Assembly (NCBI GenBank): GCA_964036045.1
Contig: OZ038379.1
Span: forward strand, 3,348,001-3,412,000
Origin: Eutreptiella sp. 'Long Island Sound 2002'
Lineage: Eukaryota; Protista; Euglenida
DNA: 64,000 nt
Direction: 5' to 3'
Shown here: positions 33,194 to 47,298 of the stretch, piece after piece
Layout: each line of letters starts with the position of its first letter
Numbering within the stretch: the stretch's first letter is position 1
Notes under the pieces: generated by a model
Told to the model about the DNA's origin: nothing
The model's database searches: none
What the model saw: the letters and a program-made list of their open reading frames with translations, nothing else
Position numbers and translations under genes: made by a program

Positions 33194-34349
33194 TGGGTCA
33201 GTCTCAGAACCAAAAGGATTCCCCCCCTCTTATAAACAAAGCTCTCATAAACAAAGCCTGCACCGGACCCCAGCCGTAGTGGTGTTCATGCAACGAGTGG
33301 GAGCCCTCGAGCCTTGAGCGTTTCTTTTCGTGTTTTTCCAGCAGAGTGTGGGTCGGCAGAGATAGAGCAGATGCAATGGGGGCAAGGGACACTCGAGGGG
33401 CACGGGTGCCAATGAGGTCGATGCCTTCATCACGCCTGCAGTGTGAGTGCACTCAAGCATGCGCCCTCGAACGCTGTGAGCATTGGCTGGCACCTCCTTT
33501 GGCGGGGACATCCAGTCGCTAGTACCCACCACCGATGGTGCGGACCCCTGCCAGACCCTGCCCCACCACGTTGTGTGTGGACTGCTCTTCAGCCCCGCCA
33601 TGCCTTCGTGGACCCATCCTCCCCCTCTTGTACCGGTGCACGTGGTTTTGTGACAGGAGCCGTGCAATCCCAGCCGGTCAGCTACCTGGTGCGTCACGAC
33701 GGGGTCCCACATCGACGGTGGAACTTAGCGGATACTCGTGGGGTATCTTGTCTCTCCCTGCCTTTGTACGCCTGCGAGTAGAATGCATCAACGGATTCCT
33801 GTTTTCATGTGCCCGTGTGTCGCGTGCTCAGGTGCTTCTTGTTTCTGGAGCGAGCTCGCGGCTGATGGCAGTTCAGCGACTGGTGCAGTTAGCTTCCCTG
33901 ATTCCATTTTCTTCCATCTGCTGTCCTCGCTACCCGCAGTTAGCTTCCCTGATTCTATTTCTTTCTCTTTTGCAGTAGGTTGCTGTTTCTCTTTTTGCAG
34001 ATGTGTTTTGGGTAGAGTGATGCACTGCCAGCATCATTGGCGACGGATGTTTGACTGAGTGTCAGGGGTGCTTTTGGCGTTGGACGCATATCGTGATTTG
34101 GCTGCAGCACGGTACAGTTCAAAGGCAACATCCTGTTTTGGAGTCATTCACACGCGTTTTCCGGCCGCAGCTGGCTGCTGCTGGTCACGGCGAAACTGCT
34201 TTTTGTTGGGCTGTCTGCTGCACGGTGCTGTGCTGCTGTGTCGTGCTGTGCTGTGTTCTGCCGTGCTGTGCCCTGCCATGCCATGCCATGCCATGCTGTA
34301 TTGTGCCGTGCCGTGCTGTGTTGTGCAACGCCCTCATTTTCGTTCTCAG

Positions 34350-34697
34350 AGCCCACCTAAACGCCGCTACCGTCCAAAAAGTATCAGTAACCCCATACTC
34401 AAGGGTGAGAACACGTCTCTTTCGCCGTTCCCCCCGTACCGCTTGGGGCTGCACACAAGTTTCTCGGCCGATCTCATCGCCTTCCGCGACAAAGAGCGGC
34501 CCGGCCCGGGAAAGCCGTCGCTGTTGCCGGCGTACCGCCCCAAGTCGATATCGGAGCCTGTGATGTCGGAGCAGCTGAAGGAGCAGTTGAAGCGGACGGC
34601 GCTCCCGGAGCGAAGGGATGCTGACGTGCTGAAGGACCAGTTCAAGCGCAGTGCCATGGACCGCCAGGAGTTGGGACAGTCGCTGCGGTGCTACAAG
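34350..34697 (+). CDS. Candidate exon(s) with duplicated YRPKSIS(N/E)P and LK(E/D)Q(L/F)KR(T/S)A motifs
   Basis: Acceptor ctcattttcgttctcAG at 34348-34349 and donor AAG|GTGCTG at 34698. A possible internal GTGAGA donor lies at 34405. Confidence 0.5.
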
Positions 34698-35857
34698 GTG
34701 CTGTTGTGGACGGAACATCCTCCAGCCCCCCCTCCGCCCCCTGGGGAGAGGGAGTATGCCACACGGTATCGGCAAACCCCGCCATCACTCGTGAGCAGAC
34801 AGACAACCGTCCCACTCTCATCTGCCACGATATTGCCCCCCAGTGCCTTGGGATGGGTGACGTACACAAGCCTCCTGAACGCCCAAACACGTGCGTACAC
34901 CCGGCAGTACCAACCGCCACACTTACTGAGGCTTGGTGGCACGGGCCACGGCCCCAGAACACAGAACAGTGGGCCCCATGCACACGCAAACAAAGCAACG
35001 CGCACCGGGCCCACAGCCGAGCGAGCAACGACCACCCGACACAACCTGCGGGGGGTCAGAACCGGTGGCTGTCCCGGAGGAAGCCAATCGAAGGACGAAA
35101 TGTCACGAGGGGTGGGGAGGGGGGGGCTCTCAGCAGCAAGCAGCGGGCAGCTATTTGCGGCCGTGCCGGCAAATGCATGGTGTCCTTGCTCACATCCAGG
35201 GCGGTGAGCGGCTTGGCGCTCTCTTGATGCCGTGCAGTGTGCATGCCGGGAACAGGGCGAAAAGTCGGTATGCAGCAGGCTCTCGCTCTGAAAGTGCGGC
35301 TTTGGAGTGCGGTTTTCACACAGAAATTGTCGGTCGTTCCTCTTCCCACTTCGTGTTGTGCCTTTGAGTGATTGCAATCCAGTAAGGGAGGTGGCTGTTC
35401 TAAACAGGGTAAGTCTGCCGCAGGTTCCACTTTCATTTTCGCCCTCCCCCCCCCCACCTGGGGTGGACCGCAGAGCAACAGGGGAGCAACAGGGAGGTCC
35501 CCTAGCCTGGGCTGGCCTCCAAACCAAGGTTTGGCCCCTGCTCCCCCCCCCCCCGCCCTCCCGACCACCCTAATGTGTATTTGACCCAATGCAGTAGATA
35601 TGTTTCCACAGCGAGGGATGGCTGCATGTTGATGTGCACCACCCTCCCTTGCATTGCGCTTTATGGGTTGGTGTACACATTGTCAGACTCAGCTCCCAGT
35701 TGGTTCATTTCGATCGTGCGGCACAGCACCTGCGCTGACCCAGGTGCCCGCGAAAATGGTGTGTCTGATCCGCAGTGTGTCATATTTGAGAGTTATGTCG
35801 CAGTTTCCTGGACCTCCAGATCGCATGCATGACATTTGCACCCCCTCCTCTTTGCAG

Positions 35858-36003
35858 TCAACACCGCTGCTCAATGACGACGAGAGTGATGACGGTGATG
35901 ATAGTGGAGGACAATTGCTTGGTTCAGTGATTCGATGGGTGTCTTCTTGGTTCAGTAAACTCAAGTCGATGGACGCTAAGCCCTCTGTAAAAAGTTTTGA
36001 CAG
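35858..36003 (+). CDS. Candidate exon (acidic stretch followed by an amphipathic helix)
   Basis: cctcctctttgcAG|STPLLNDDESDDGDDSGGQLLGSVIRWVSSWFSKLKSMDAKPSVKSFDR|GTACAT. Confidence 0.5.
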
Positions 36004-39000
36004 GTACATGGGTGTGGGTGTGGGTGTGGGTGCACCTGTTGTTGTCGCCCTGTGTGTGTGGCCTGCACACCCATATTGCATGCCATGTCGGAGCCTGCTG
36101 TTGTGCACGTGTCTGGAGCATGGCACTGCCGCGGTATACAGGGATGTCACATTTGTGTCGTGTGGTGAAAGGAGCCCACTAGGTCTGAGGGGGGGGGGGG
36201 GCTATGGACATGTTTCACTGACGAGCTTTTCTTTGTGCTGTCGCGTGCTGACGTGCTTGCTTTGCCCCTCAGCTACCCGCGCAGCAATCCCAAGGGTCGT
36301 CCTTGGCTGTCTGGCAAGTCCAATCCTCCCCTGGGCCCTGTCGAGCAGTACTGCTGATTTTGACCGCCACCCCAGTTGCCTGACCAGCTGCCCTACTTGG
36401 CAGCCCAGAGAGAGAAACGAACGTTCTGTGCGCGCGGTGCAATGCACGGTGTGCACGGTTTGGTGCATGTTGTTTTATGGGCACGCCATTTTTTCATCCA
36501 ATCACAGCGGGCTGCAAACACCACTCTCCTGCAAGCATAAGTAGAGCTTGTGGGAGGGCAGCGGGATCAAAAATTTGCGCTCACCCACCTCCTTCGGCAA
36601 GGGGAGGCACACCTGGAGACCGTCACCCCTGATGATGATGGGTGTGGAGTTATGATCATTTCCCGCACGAGACCTTCGGCCAGCCAAAGGCAACCGGGCA
36701 CCGGGACTCGGATTCGGAATCATCGGACTCGTCATCCACATCGGGCACATCCCTTCTGCTGAGGAGGGGTGAAGAGAACAAGGAGGAGGACTCCATTTAA
36801 GGGGCACCTTACGGGAATGAGCAACCCGTGAGGTTTGAACCGTGAAACATGTCGAAACAAATGCTCCATGGGCTTGCGCAACTTGTGGGCCACCTTATGG
36901 GAAAGAGCAACCCATGAGGTTCAAACCGCGAAATGTGTCGAAACGAATGCTTCACAGGCTTGGGCACCCTGTGGGGCACCCTCTTTGGTGCGGGCCGTGC
37001 CGAGGAGGCCTCTTTTTGTTCAACCCCCCCCCCCCCGCGGCAGGGGTTGTGGGCAGTTACAACCGCCATGACATTGGTGAGGAGGTGGAGTGGAGGCCTC
37101 CGTTGTTGTATGCTAACCCCTTAGGCCACAGCGTCCCTGCCACCCTGAAAAACTGACAAAAATGCGTAAAACGCGAACCAAAAAAGAGCGCACGGTGCAA
37201 TGCGCGGTGCTTTCGTTTCTCTCAGAAATGATGCTTGGAAGCTTCCTGGATGGTCCTCCAGTCCACAGCGCTCACAAATTTTTCGTAGCCTCCTTTAGGC
37301 CCAGCATCATGGGCTTTCGGGCAGGCCATTGCTTGGTGGCCAACAACCTCCTCCCCGGAGACGCCAAAAACAAGTTTGTGTGTCCGGCCTCCAATTGTGG
37401 GCCTCTTTAGTAAATTGTATTCGCCCGAGGAAAAATTTTCTGATGTGGGAGGGTCGGTCAGCTGTGGCTGGCCAGGGGGTTCATTTGGACCCCTGTGGGC
37501 AAGCTTCAGAAATCGAGCTATTTCGCAAGAGGGGGGGGTCTGGGTGGGTGGGGGTTTGCTTTGGTTGGTGCGTTATTGGCCCAGGAGCCCCCGCTGTTAT
37601 ACACAGGGGGATCTCAGGGTTGCATGTGGCTGGGTCAAGATGAAGTGATGTATTATTTTTGGTTGCTGTTTCCCCCCCTGTTGCATGCATACAAGACCTC
37701 ATTGTTGGATGATGGTTGTTTGTGGCTGTGGGGCTACTATTTCCAATGTGGGCAATGCAAAGCGGGAGCCCTTGGAAGCATGATTAGCATGTACAGTGGG
37801 AGAAGGCACGGAAAACCATGTGTTGCCTCAATTTTCCCAAGGCCAAACCAATGGAAGCCAATAGCAGCAACACAAATTGTAACCCTCCCAACAACAATGT
37901 TTCAAGCTGTTCCAACAGTAGCAGTGGTGGGAAACAGTGGGTGCGGTGGGAAATAGTGGGAAACACCCGAGGTACTGTGCTCTTACTCGTGACCAAGTGC
38001 CATGCATAACATATTTCAGCCAACGCTCAACCAACATTCAGCAGTAGCAGAGTCGGATTTGCTAGTAGCAACAGCAGCCAGCAGCCAGCAGCCAGCAGCC
38101 AGCATCAGTTGTAGTGAAGTTGTAGTGAGCCAACCAGCAATAGTTTCAAGAGCTGAGTGAAGAAGTGCACACAGTCGGGTTGGGATGCCACAACTGGGAT
38201 AGTACCAGTGCTGCCCGTATGCGCAAATCTATTCCATACCATACCATCCATATTCAGTACCATTGCTGCCGGCGGGTGGTGGTCAGCTTGGATGCATGGG
38301 GGTTGGGATGGGGTACCCTCTTCTGTTTCTTATATGCAAAGCTTGGTCAAATGAATGGCCAATTTTGGTTTACGAATTTTTGGGTCTTTAGACCCCATTT
38401 TCATACCTCCCAACAGGAGCCCAAGGGCCACCATTGTGGGATGGTCACCCATCCCCCATATGCTCGAATTCCTAGGCACTAGCAGAATGACAGCTTCCAA
38501 ACATGTCTGCAGTGGGCTGGACACGCCCTCGGGGTTGGTCTCCACAGAAATCTTGAGGTTTGCCTGTGCCATTGTCATTGTGCTAACATGAAGCTCAATT
38601 GCGTATTGTTTTTTCTTGTAGGTTGCGCGCACTTTGTTTTGTTTTTTTTGTGCGCAAGTCGCACATAGAAAAAAAACTGAAAGTTTGCCTTTTTTTTTTT
38701 AAAGGCAACCTACATCCAAAAAAAACTAAGCAACCTTCATTCAAAAAAAAGGGGGCACAAAGCACAGTTTCCATTAAAAAATGTACATGACCTAGAGCAA
38801 AAAACAAAACAACAATGAATGGGGCCAACTTTTCTCTCTTTTTAGAGAGCTTTGTGACCACTTGGATTCCTCCCCACTCCAAGGACCCCGAGATAGCATG
38901 TGTTTTGTAGCCACTCAGGTTCCCTCTCCATTTTGGGGGAGTCCTCCCAATGGCAGGGATTATTTAGCCACGTTGATTTTATCCCCCTTTGAGTGACAAG

Positions 39001-42000
39001 GATATCACGGCCTAGCCTACCAACAAGTTGTATGACAATGAAGTCAGTGAGCCACATGCATGGACTATGGCAATGACATACATTGTGTCCCGTCTACAAA
39101 AAAATGAAGAAGTATGAAAGCACTAAGGCAGCCAGTGATGGTTTGTCTTGGAGGCGGCACCATATATTTATTGTTAATAGTGACGATCATGCAAGGCTCC
39201 ACGAGTTTGATTCTGCCATGGATTGCAATGTGCTAGTATGGGTGTTCAAAGTGTGGACTTTGGGAGCCATTGCCTAGCACCTCCTTGATTCAACCAATGT
39301 GGAAATGCCTGAGACAAAACAGGGTTTCCATGCATGCTCAGCATTGGGTCCAAGGACTGTTGGTTTTGTGGATACCAATCCTTTCACATGTGCCATGAGG
39401 TGATTGCCCACCGGGGAAGCTTGGAGGACATTCACGTTACTTTGCTCAAGTGATTCATCCTAATGCGCATCATCAATATGGATCGCTCTATCTGACTCCT
39501 GGGCACTATCCTGCAAAATGGATGGGAGAAGGACGTGATTTGCTAGACAAGTGAACAGTCTCCTCGCGCACCAACCTCTAGCGCTGAGGCCCTTGCCCCA
39601 TCTACTTTGCCCCGTGTTGTTGAAGGTGACCATCATCTTTCAAAGCCCAAGGAGAATATTGCACCTAGCCCTCCTTGGAGCCGAAAGTTGGAGACTCTCC
39701 TCCCTCACTAGCCCCCAACTCTCAGGAACTGCCCCCATTAAGGCAGTGAGCGAAGGACAATGTTGACCCCCCCCCCCAAGCCCCCCCACACAAGGCAAAG
39801 TTGCCTCCTCTAATCCCACTACAAATGATGACACCCATCCGTACATCCGGTTGTGGAAAGTGAGTCCAGCTCCCAAAGGGGTAGACAATGGATAATGGAT
39901 GCACAGGGTTGGTTAGAGCATGGCCAAATGTTTATTGACGACCTGACCAAGGACATCAAGAATATCTTTGAGGCTTGTGCACAGAACACCAACCCACGTG
40001 CAAAGCCTAAGTCATTAGACTCGAGGTCTGATTTGATCTACCAACCTACATTCACCAACTTCTTGTAGTTGGTGAATGGACAAGTCAGTTTTCCCTTTTG
40101 CGAAAAAAAAGCACATGTCTTACGCCAATAAAAAAAGTTTTGAGCATTTTTTCCTGTATGACCTACGCAAAAAAAAGTATGTGTTTACGCCAAAAAAAAG
40201 TGCAGAATTTACACTTTTTCGCGGCTGCGCTTTCCTCTTGTGTACAGGTCAACGGTCACGTATTGGCAAACAAAAAGAGTTCCAAAGTTGGGCAGGCAAA
40301 ATATGGAATCGATGGTCCCTGGGGCTGATGGTTAATTTTTTTGTGGTGTGCAGCAATTTGTTGTCAGTCGGCGATGAGCTCTTCCAAACAATTGTGTGTT
40401 TGAGGGCCAGCTCTTGCATAGGCCTTTCTGCACATCAAATTTCATTGTTTTCCTCTCTTGCACATTTGCTGTGATATGTCAGAGCGCTTGGCTGTACTGC
40501 TCAGCAGCAACAGCCCATGTGCTGTGTTGCAGGCCGAAACGCCGTCTGCACAGGCTACCCCAGCTGGGGTGACCCGAATTATGATGCAATGTGTTCATGT
40601 ACAGGGCAGGGGGTGGGTTGGGCGGGGATAAATTGATGGAAGATTGTGTGTTTAACGAAGGTGGCGCAATTTTCCCCTGGCGAAATTTCGGGGTGCTGGC
40701 AGGGCAGTGAAGATGCCAATGGCACTGCTTACTGTGGCAAGTGTTTGGAACAGCAGATTGTTTCGGATGTCGTGATCTAGTCTGCTTTCAGTGGCAATTC
40801 GATTAAATCGTTCTGACTCTGAATGGAGCATGGGCTTGCACGCTGGGTGTGCATGAGGCACTTGGAGCTGTGTGATTTCCAAGGGTGGTGAAATACCCCC
40901 ATGGAATTTCCCCAGCGAAATCATACCTGTACAACCCCCCCCATACACACTTTTGCACGTCTTTGTGTTTGTATGTGCATTCCCATTTTCCGCCTCTGCA
41001 GGAGAGGAAGCGACCCAGCACTCAAGCCCCCGGTGATACCGCCATGGCCAACGATGCCTCCTCCCGTCTGTGTGCCCGACTGCGAGATCTACTCGGGTTT
41101 CGCTGAGTTGCTGCCTCTCGACGCTTATCCTTCCGTGCCGCTTTCGCCCTCCCTGTGTGGGTCCAGGGTGTTCCAGAACCTTGCGTCCCAGGGGTCGCTC
41201 ACATGAGGATGGGTGTCCCCATTGTTCCGTCTGTGCCTCCTGCGGGCAGGTGTGCAGCGGGCATACAGGTGCACACATGAACCTGAGGCTCCGTAACTGC
41301 ACGCCCGCCACAGCAGGGACACACCCACCATTGCACGCACAGCACTCGCAATGCTTCGCGCGACACACAGGTCGTGATGGTGCTCATTGAGCTCTTCAAC
41401 ATCTGTTGTAGGTAGCCTTAGGGAAGGGTGCGTCTCGCAACACTTCATCCTTCGGGGCTGGACCAAGGCCCTTCTCCAACATCAATGCTTGTAAACATTG
41501 CGTGGTCATCGACAACAGTTGTCATCGTTGTGCAGAAGGCTGCGTCAGGTGGTGCGGACCTCGCCGCTCGGCCACGCCCACACACGGAAGCAGACACATG
41601 CGCGCGCGCGCTCAGGAACACAGCCGACAAAACACCTGTGCAGGCGCATCGATGCGCACCGTCAGTATGCGCCTGGGCATGCATGCGTACGTCGGCTGTG
41701 TCCACTGGTGCTGTGTGGATTGCTTGGTCACCAAGAAACGTTCTCATGGTTGCGCAGAAAGTTGCGTCAAGTGGTGCCGACCTCGCAATCACCATACGGC
41801 TTCACCCACCCACCACCCACCCACGCACGCGCGCGCGCATTCAAAGCTGCTGCCAAAGATTCTGCTGTGATTTTCATTGTGGTGGAATGGAAAGCAGGAT
41901 TATTCAGTATCACATTTACAAGCACCCACCCCAGTCGTTCTTGCACAACATGAGAGTGGTATGCCACACCAAATTTAAAGCACACGTTGAGGACGCCGAG

Positions 42001-42428
42001 ACGTCATTCAAAATGTTTGCAATGTCCATCAATGATGGCCTTGTGTGTAGTTTTAATTACTTGGATGGACCTGTGATTTCCGATTTGTGTTGTTTCCATT
42101 GATCTTCTTGCTTGTCCTTCAGTCTATCCATTTTCCTTGGCACTGTGTGCTGTCTATAGTATTTGACTGGCTTCCAGCACTGGATGCTGCCACCATGGGC
42201 CCCGTATTTGGGTGTGCACACTCAAATCACAAACACCCCGTCCCCGCATGGCCCGTGGTTGGAGACAAAGCTTTGGCACAAGCAGATGACGAGGGTTCAA
42301 GAACCCATGCCCACATTGCAGCGCTTGGCGGCATGTGTTTTGATCCTCAAAGTTTTGCTGCTCTATGCTGAGCCGAGGATGCGGGTCATCGCGCTGTGCC
42401 ATATTCTATAATATCTCCCTGCCTCGTA

Positions 42429-42550
<122 letters not shown>

Positions 42551-45322
42551 TCTATGCCGCAATGTTCTTCTGTTTGAACATTGGGTACTGATGTGAGTAA
42601 AGCAAGTCACTCGGATCCACAGGCACATCCCATCGCTGTCCCATCGCTTTGTTCTTCGCTCTGCACGTGGGATCCGGGTGTTCGCATCCGTGTTCGTGTG
42701 GTTGCGTGCGTGTGCGTGTGTGGGCGTATGTCCCATGGTTTATATCTGTGCCATGGCGTATATCATCATCACGCCACTATACACCCCTTCGTACCTGCTG
42801 TGGGTTGTCTCTTGTGTTCGTCTGGCCGCCTGACCAAGGCTGCCAGGTGCCATTCTATTGAAGCGCTGTTCGCAGTTACTGCCAGTTCAGTCTTGAGGAA
42901 GGATCTGGCTCTGCGCCTGGCTTCTGTGGGTCCATTGCCACTTGTCGCTTTGGTTGTCAGAAGAATCTTTGCCTGGCTCTGATTTGAAGACATCTGGAAT
43001 GGAACATTTGAGGTCTGAGGTGCAGTCCTGCAGATTGCTGCACATCCCTGTCCCAATCTTCTCCGTGTAACAGGGCTGTCCCGACTGAACGAGGTATTTC
43101 CTGTTTTTTCTTACGAGAAGGACGGCCGGAGGTTGCCGGTGGCAGGATTCGGGTTACCGACGGCGGTTGACACTCCACCGACGGAGGTTTGGCACTTCAC
43201 CGACGGCCAACCGACGCCGGTTGCGGTGGCCGACTGCATTCGCTTGCCGGCTGACGCGCTGCTGAGGTCCAAGCACACCAGAGGCCGGCTTTTTGGGGGG
43301 GGGGGCATTTAGGACAGCCCTGCCATGTAGTCCATGATCATGAGTTTGTTAGATTGCAGAATGTACATCAATATCCGGGTTTGAGGGTGAATGGGCTTGC
43401 TCGACCGTGGGCGGGTGAGGCCCCTCATAGGAGAGAGGGGGGGGGTGGAGCCGAAAAGGGGGACATAAAACCTTGCTGCGTACAGCTCAGTAACCCGGTG
43501 CCCTGACGCCAGAGAACTTCCCGTTGCGTCATTCGTTCTGGTTGCGAATCCACTCCGTGTTGACCCGCAGTACATGCAGACTGCAGACCAATCTCGTACC
43601 GCCCGCAACCCCAGCGGTCGAAACAAGCTCCCAGCGACAAACAAAGGCATCAACAGCCCGGCCGTCCGCACGGATCCATTTTTCTCCCCTTGGAAACAGG
43701 GATTATGGACGGCGCCCCGTTGGCGGGTAACCGACGGCGGTTGGTGGGTACCCGGTGGCGGTTGGAGGGTGGGTGACCGTGCGCATTCTATTTTATCAGA
43801 GTGATGGGGGTATTTTTTCCCCTTTTTGTTGCCCTTACGGACGCCCCTGGGCGACATAAACTCCCAGCAGCAAGGCATGCTGGAACAGTGCACAAGGCCG
43901 CACTCCCAAGTGCCCACAGTGTCCACTGGTTCCAGCGGGCAAGGCAGCCTTCCTTGAAGCGTGGCTCAATCTGGAGGCTGCGGACTTTGGGGAGGAAGTT
44001 CGGCCCCGGCCTCCAAGTGTGAGGCATTTGGCTCAGTTTGCGTGCATTGTCAGGGGTTTGCTGCTTCCGGCGGTTGCGCGTGATTGACCACCATTCTGTG
44101 GTTCCGCAGGGAACGTAAGGTCCACCCACAGGCAGTGCACAGGTGCGTTGAAGCGTGTAGTGAGTGATCACTGTCAGTACATGTATTCTGTCCACCTGAC
44201 TGCGGGCGTATTGGTTTGTGACTGTAAATGCCAGAGCAAATGCAGACTGCAGGAGGTGCAGCCGCGGAAGGATCGCAGCCGGGGGCAACCCCCCCCTTGA
44301 GTGCCTTGCGCAAGGTACGGCGTCTCGGAGCTGCAAGAGGCCCATGCACCCTGTTGAGTTGGGACATGGCCGTATCCCGGACACCCGGGGGGTGGGGGGT
44401 GCAAGTCCGGCCTGCCACTGGTTGCCGGCAGCCCACAGGCACCCGTCCGAGTTGCCTATCGTTGTCGGTTGTGGAATCGTTGTCTGCGGCTGTGACGCCT
44501 TGCAGGTGTGTGTGGTGGCTGCAGGCTCGGCTCCTTGCCAGGATCCTTGTCTTGGGTACAGGGTGTCCGGGGACATTACGCCGTACAGGCGGCGTGGTAC
44601 CATGTCTGGGGTGTCCGGTTGGTAGGCACCGGTGCCCGCAAGAGCAACAGTTGCGTTGAGCGTGTGGACAGCGGAGTGGCGCATGGCCTCCTCCCACCAC
44701 CGCACCCTCTTCCTCATGGGACCCCCGGGCGCGGCAGGTCCTCTCGGAGCCCTCCCTTCCGACATCTCGGCAACGGCCGGTCTCATCTCTGCCCCCATTT
44801 GCTGACCCATGCCCGGACCTCCAGCCACACGACACGATCGGCCCATGAAGTCAACGCCGGCCAGTGCCAAGCGTGGGAGACGCACAGGCACAGACTCACA
44901 GGTGCCCCGTGGGCGCCGCCTGGCGTAGGGAATTGCCGACAGCCGCATTTCACGCCGTCGTCCCGGCAGTGCCAGAGGTGGGGTTTGCTTTCGGTGGATT
45001 AGCGGAAGGTTTCGCGGGTCTCCAGTTGTTTTTGTATCGTATCGGTGGCTTTCCAAGCCGTGGCTTGTGTGCATGCTCTCGTATTTGCCATCGGTTGAGT
45101 GTGATCTGAAGCAGGGGCGGTCCCGAAGGGCCTTCATACTTTCCCTTTTTGTTAATCAAAGACCAGCCCCAGAGACCGCTGTTGTTACCATCAAACCGCC
45201 GTCGGCTGTTCTCCAACCGTTGAGCTGGGCATGACGGACCCCAGCAGTTGTTTCATTGTTTTTTTTTTTTGTTCGTAACGACTGCCCTCGTCTGAACCAG
45301 ACAGCGAATTTCTCATCTGCAA

Positions 45323-45607
<285 letters not shown>

Positions 45608-46215
45608 GACTGTGGTGTGGGTGGGTGGGTGGGTGGGCGGGTGTGTGATTGGGTGTGGGGGCTCATCCAGACATAAGTGTTGCGGATCCACCCGGGTCAG
45701 TGCAATGCAACAAAGGCCAGGTTCATGGCATGTTCCCAAAACCACTCGGATCCCCATTGTGCCTTCAACGGGAATTCCGCGTTAGACAATGCCGTTCCTG
45801 AGGTTTTTTTTTGTTCCCCCCCCTTCGGTCCTATTGCAGGACCTAGGGTTGCGAAGGGACTGGGTATCCGACCTTGGATGGTTGACTGGCAACCACCCAA
45901 GGGCCAAGGACTTCCCCCAGTAGCCCCGCAAAGGGACATCTTTATACTATCTTTGGAACCCCCCCCCCAACTGTCGTGCAAACAATGCGTTGTCTCACCA
46001 GATGTTGTTTCCGCGACTTTTGGAATCACAGCGGAGAGGATCTCAGGAGAATGGGGGTTCTGTCTAAACAACCGTAGGTGTCGCCGTAACCTTCAGTGGT
46101 GATGCCTTTGTTGGCGCAACAGGGGACGGGGGAGGGGGGGTTGTTGGGTGGCCCGGACGCCAGTCTGTCTGCCCTGTCCTTGCCATGACCAGAACACATG
46201 CCAGCACGGAGTGAT

Positions 46216-47298
46216 TCAGCCGGTGATGAAGCATTTCTGTTTTCTCTTTGGTGCGGACGGGAGCGGACCAGCCTGGGGACAGGGGGGACCATCCTTGGGG
46301 CGGGGGGCGGGGGGCTGGGGGCGGGGTTCATCCGGGGGTCCCGCAGATTGCGGCTGATGCTGTTCAAGCTGAAGTTTGGCCGCTGTTTTGTTCAGCAGCA
46401 AGTCGTCTGTTGCAGACAAGTCCCTGATATATTTCTATTTGTGTACGCGCGTGTGCGTGCGCGCACGCGCGCGCGCGCGTGTGTGTGTGTCTGTGTGTGT
46501 GTGACCTTGCCAACCGTTTGTGGTCATGGCCTGATAAAATTTGTTTCGGTGACCAGTGCTGTGCCTTTGCTTCTCGTTTTCGTCTTCGCTGACGTTGTGC
46601 GACTCGCATTTGATCTCCCTGGTTTCTCGCAGGAAGTGTGTGTGTGTGTGTGCGCGCGCGCGTGTGTGTGTGTGAGTTGGGTCACCAGGTTGTAGTAGGC
46701 CCAGACCACTCGCTGATTTTGAGCTGTGTCTCGTCGGTTTTGCCAACCGCCGGTGACTGTATGTATGTGTGCGTGTCGGTGCTGAGCCTTGCCCCGTTCT
46801 GTTTGTGTACTGGCAGTTGCTGACTACACATCCCCTGTACTCTGGAGCATTCGTTCTGGAGGGAGATTATGTCGCCGTCGGACTTCGGTGATGGTCGTAA
46901 CGTAGGTTTATGGGGGTGCGTATGATGTGCACATGGGTCTTAGTTCGTGACGTTCACAACGGTGTGTGTGTGCGTGTCTGTGTGTGACATACCTCAGAGG
47001 GCTGCGGCATGCAGTTGCATGGTATTCGCACCGTTCGAGACATGCCGATGGAATTTGGAGATGGGAGACACTTCTCACGTCGAAACACCCATATTTTCCC
47101 GGCCCCAGTCTCCACCCCAAGCAATGTGGCGCAGTCATGCACTGGGACCATTGAATTGTGGACCCCCCCCCCCTCCCCCCACACACACACCCCGCCGCTG
47201 CTCTGTCTGCCATGTCAATGTGGACCGCTTATGGACCAGCCTTACCACAACCTCCGATGGTCAATAGCTCTCACATCAGGGCCAAAGGGTGTGGGTCT
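46216..47298 (-). CDS. Cluster of candidate small exons of an unidentified gene
   Basis: 47246-47298 (caacAG|RPTPFGPDVRAIDHRRLW|GTAAGG); ~46986-47142 (..LLGVETGAGKIWVFRRE..|GTATGT); terminal ~46216-46406 (..KLQLEQHQPQ..KRKQKCFITG*). Phases could not be reconciled. Confidence 0.25.

Noticed and set aside
36550-40070. Possible gag/pol retrotransposon relic
   Set aside because: Only vague fragments and no unambiguous RT (YxDD) or integrase motif, so it was not listed as a feature.
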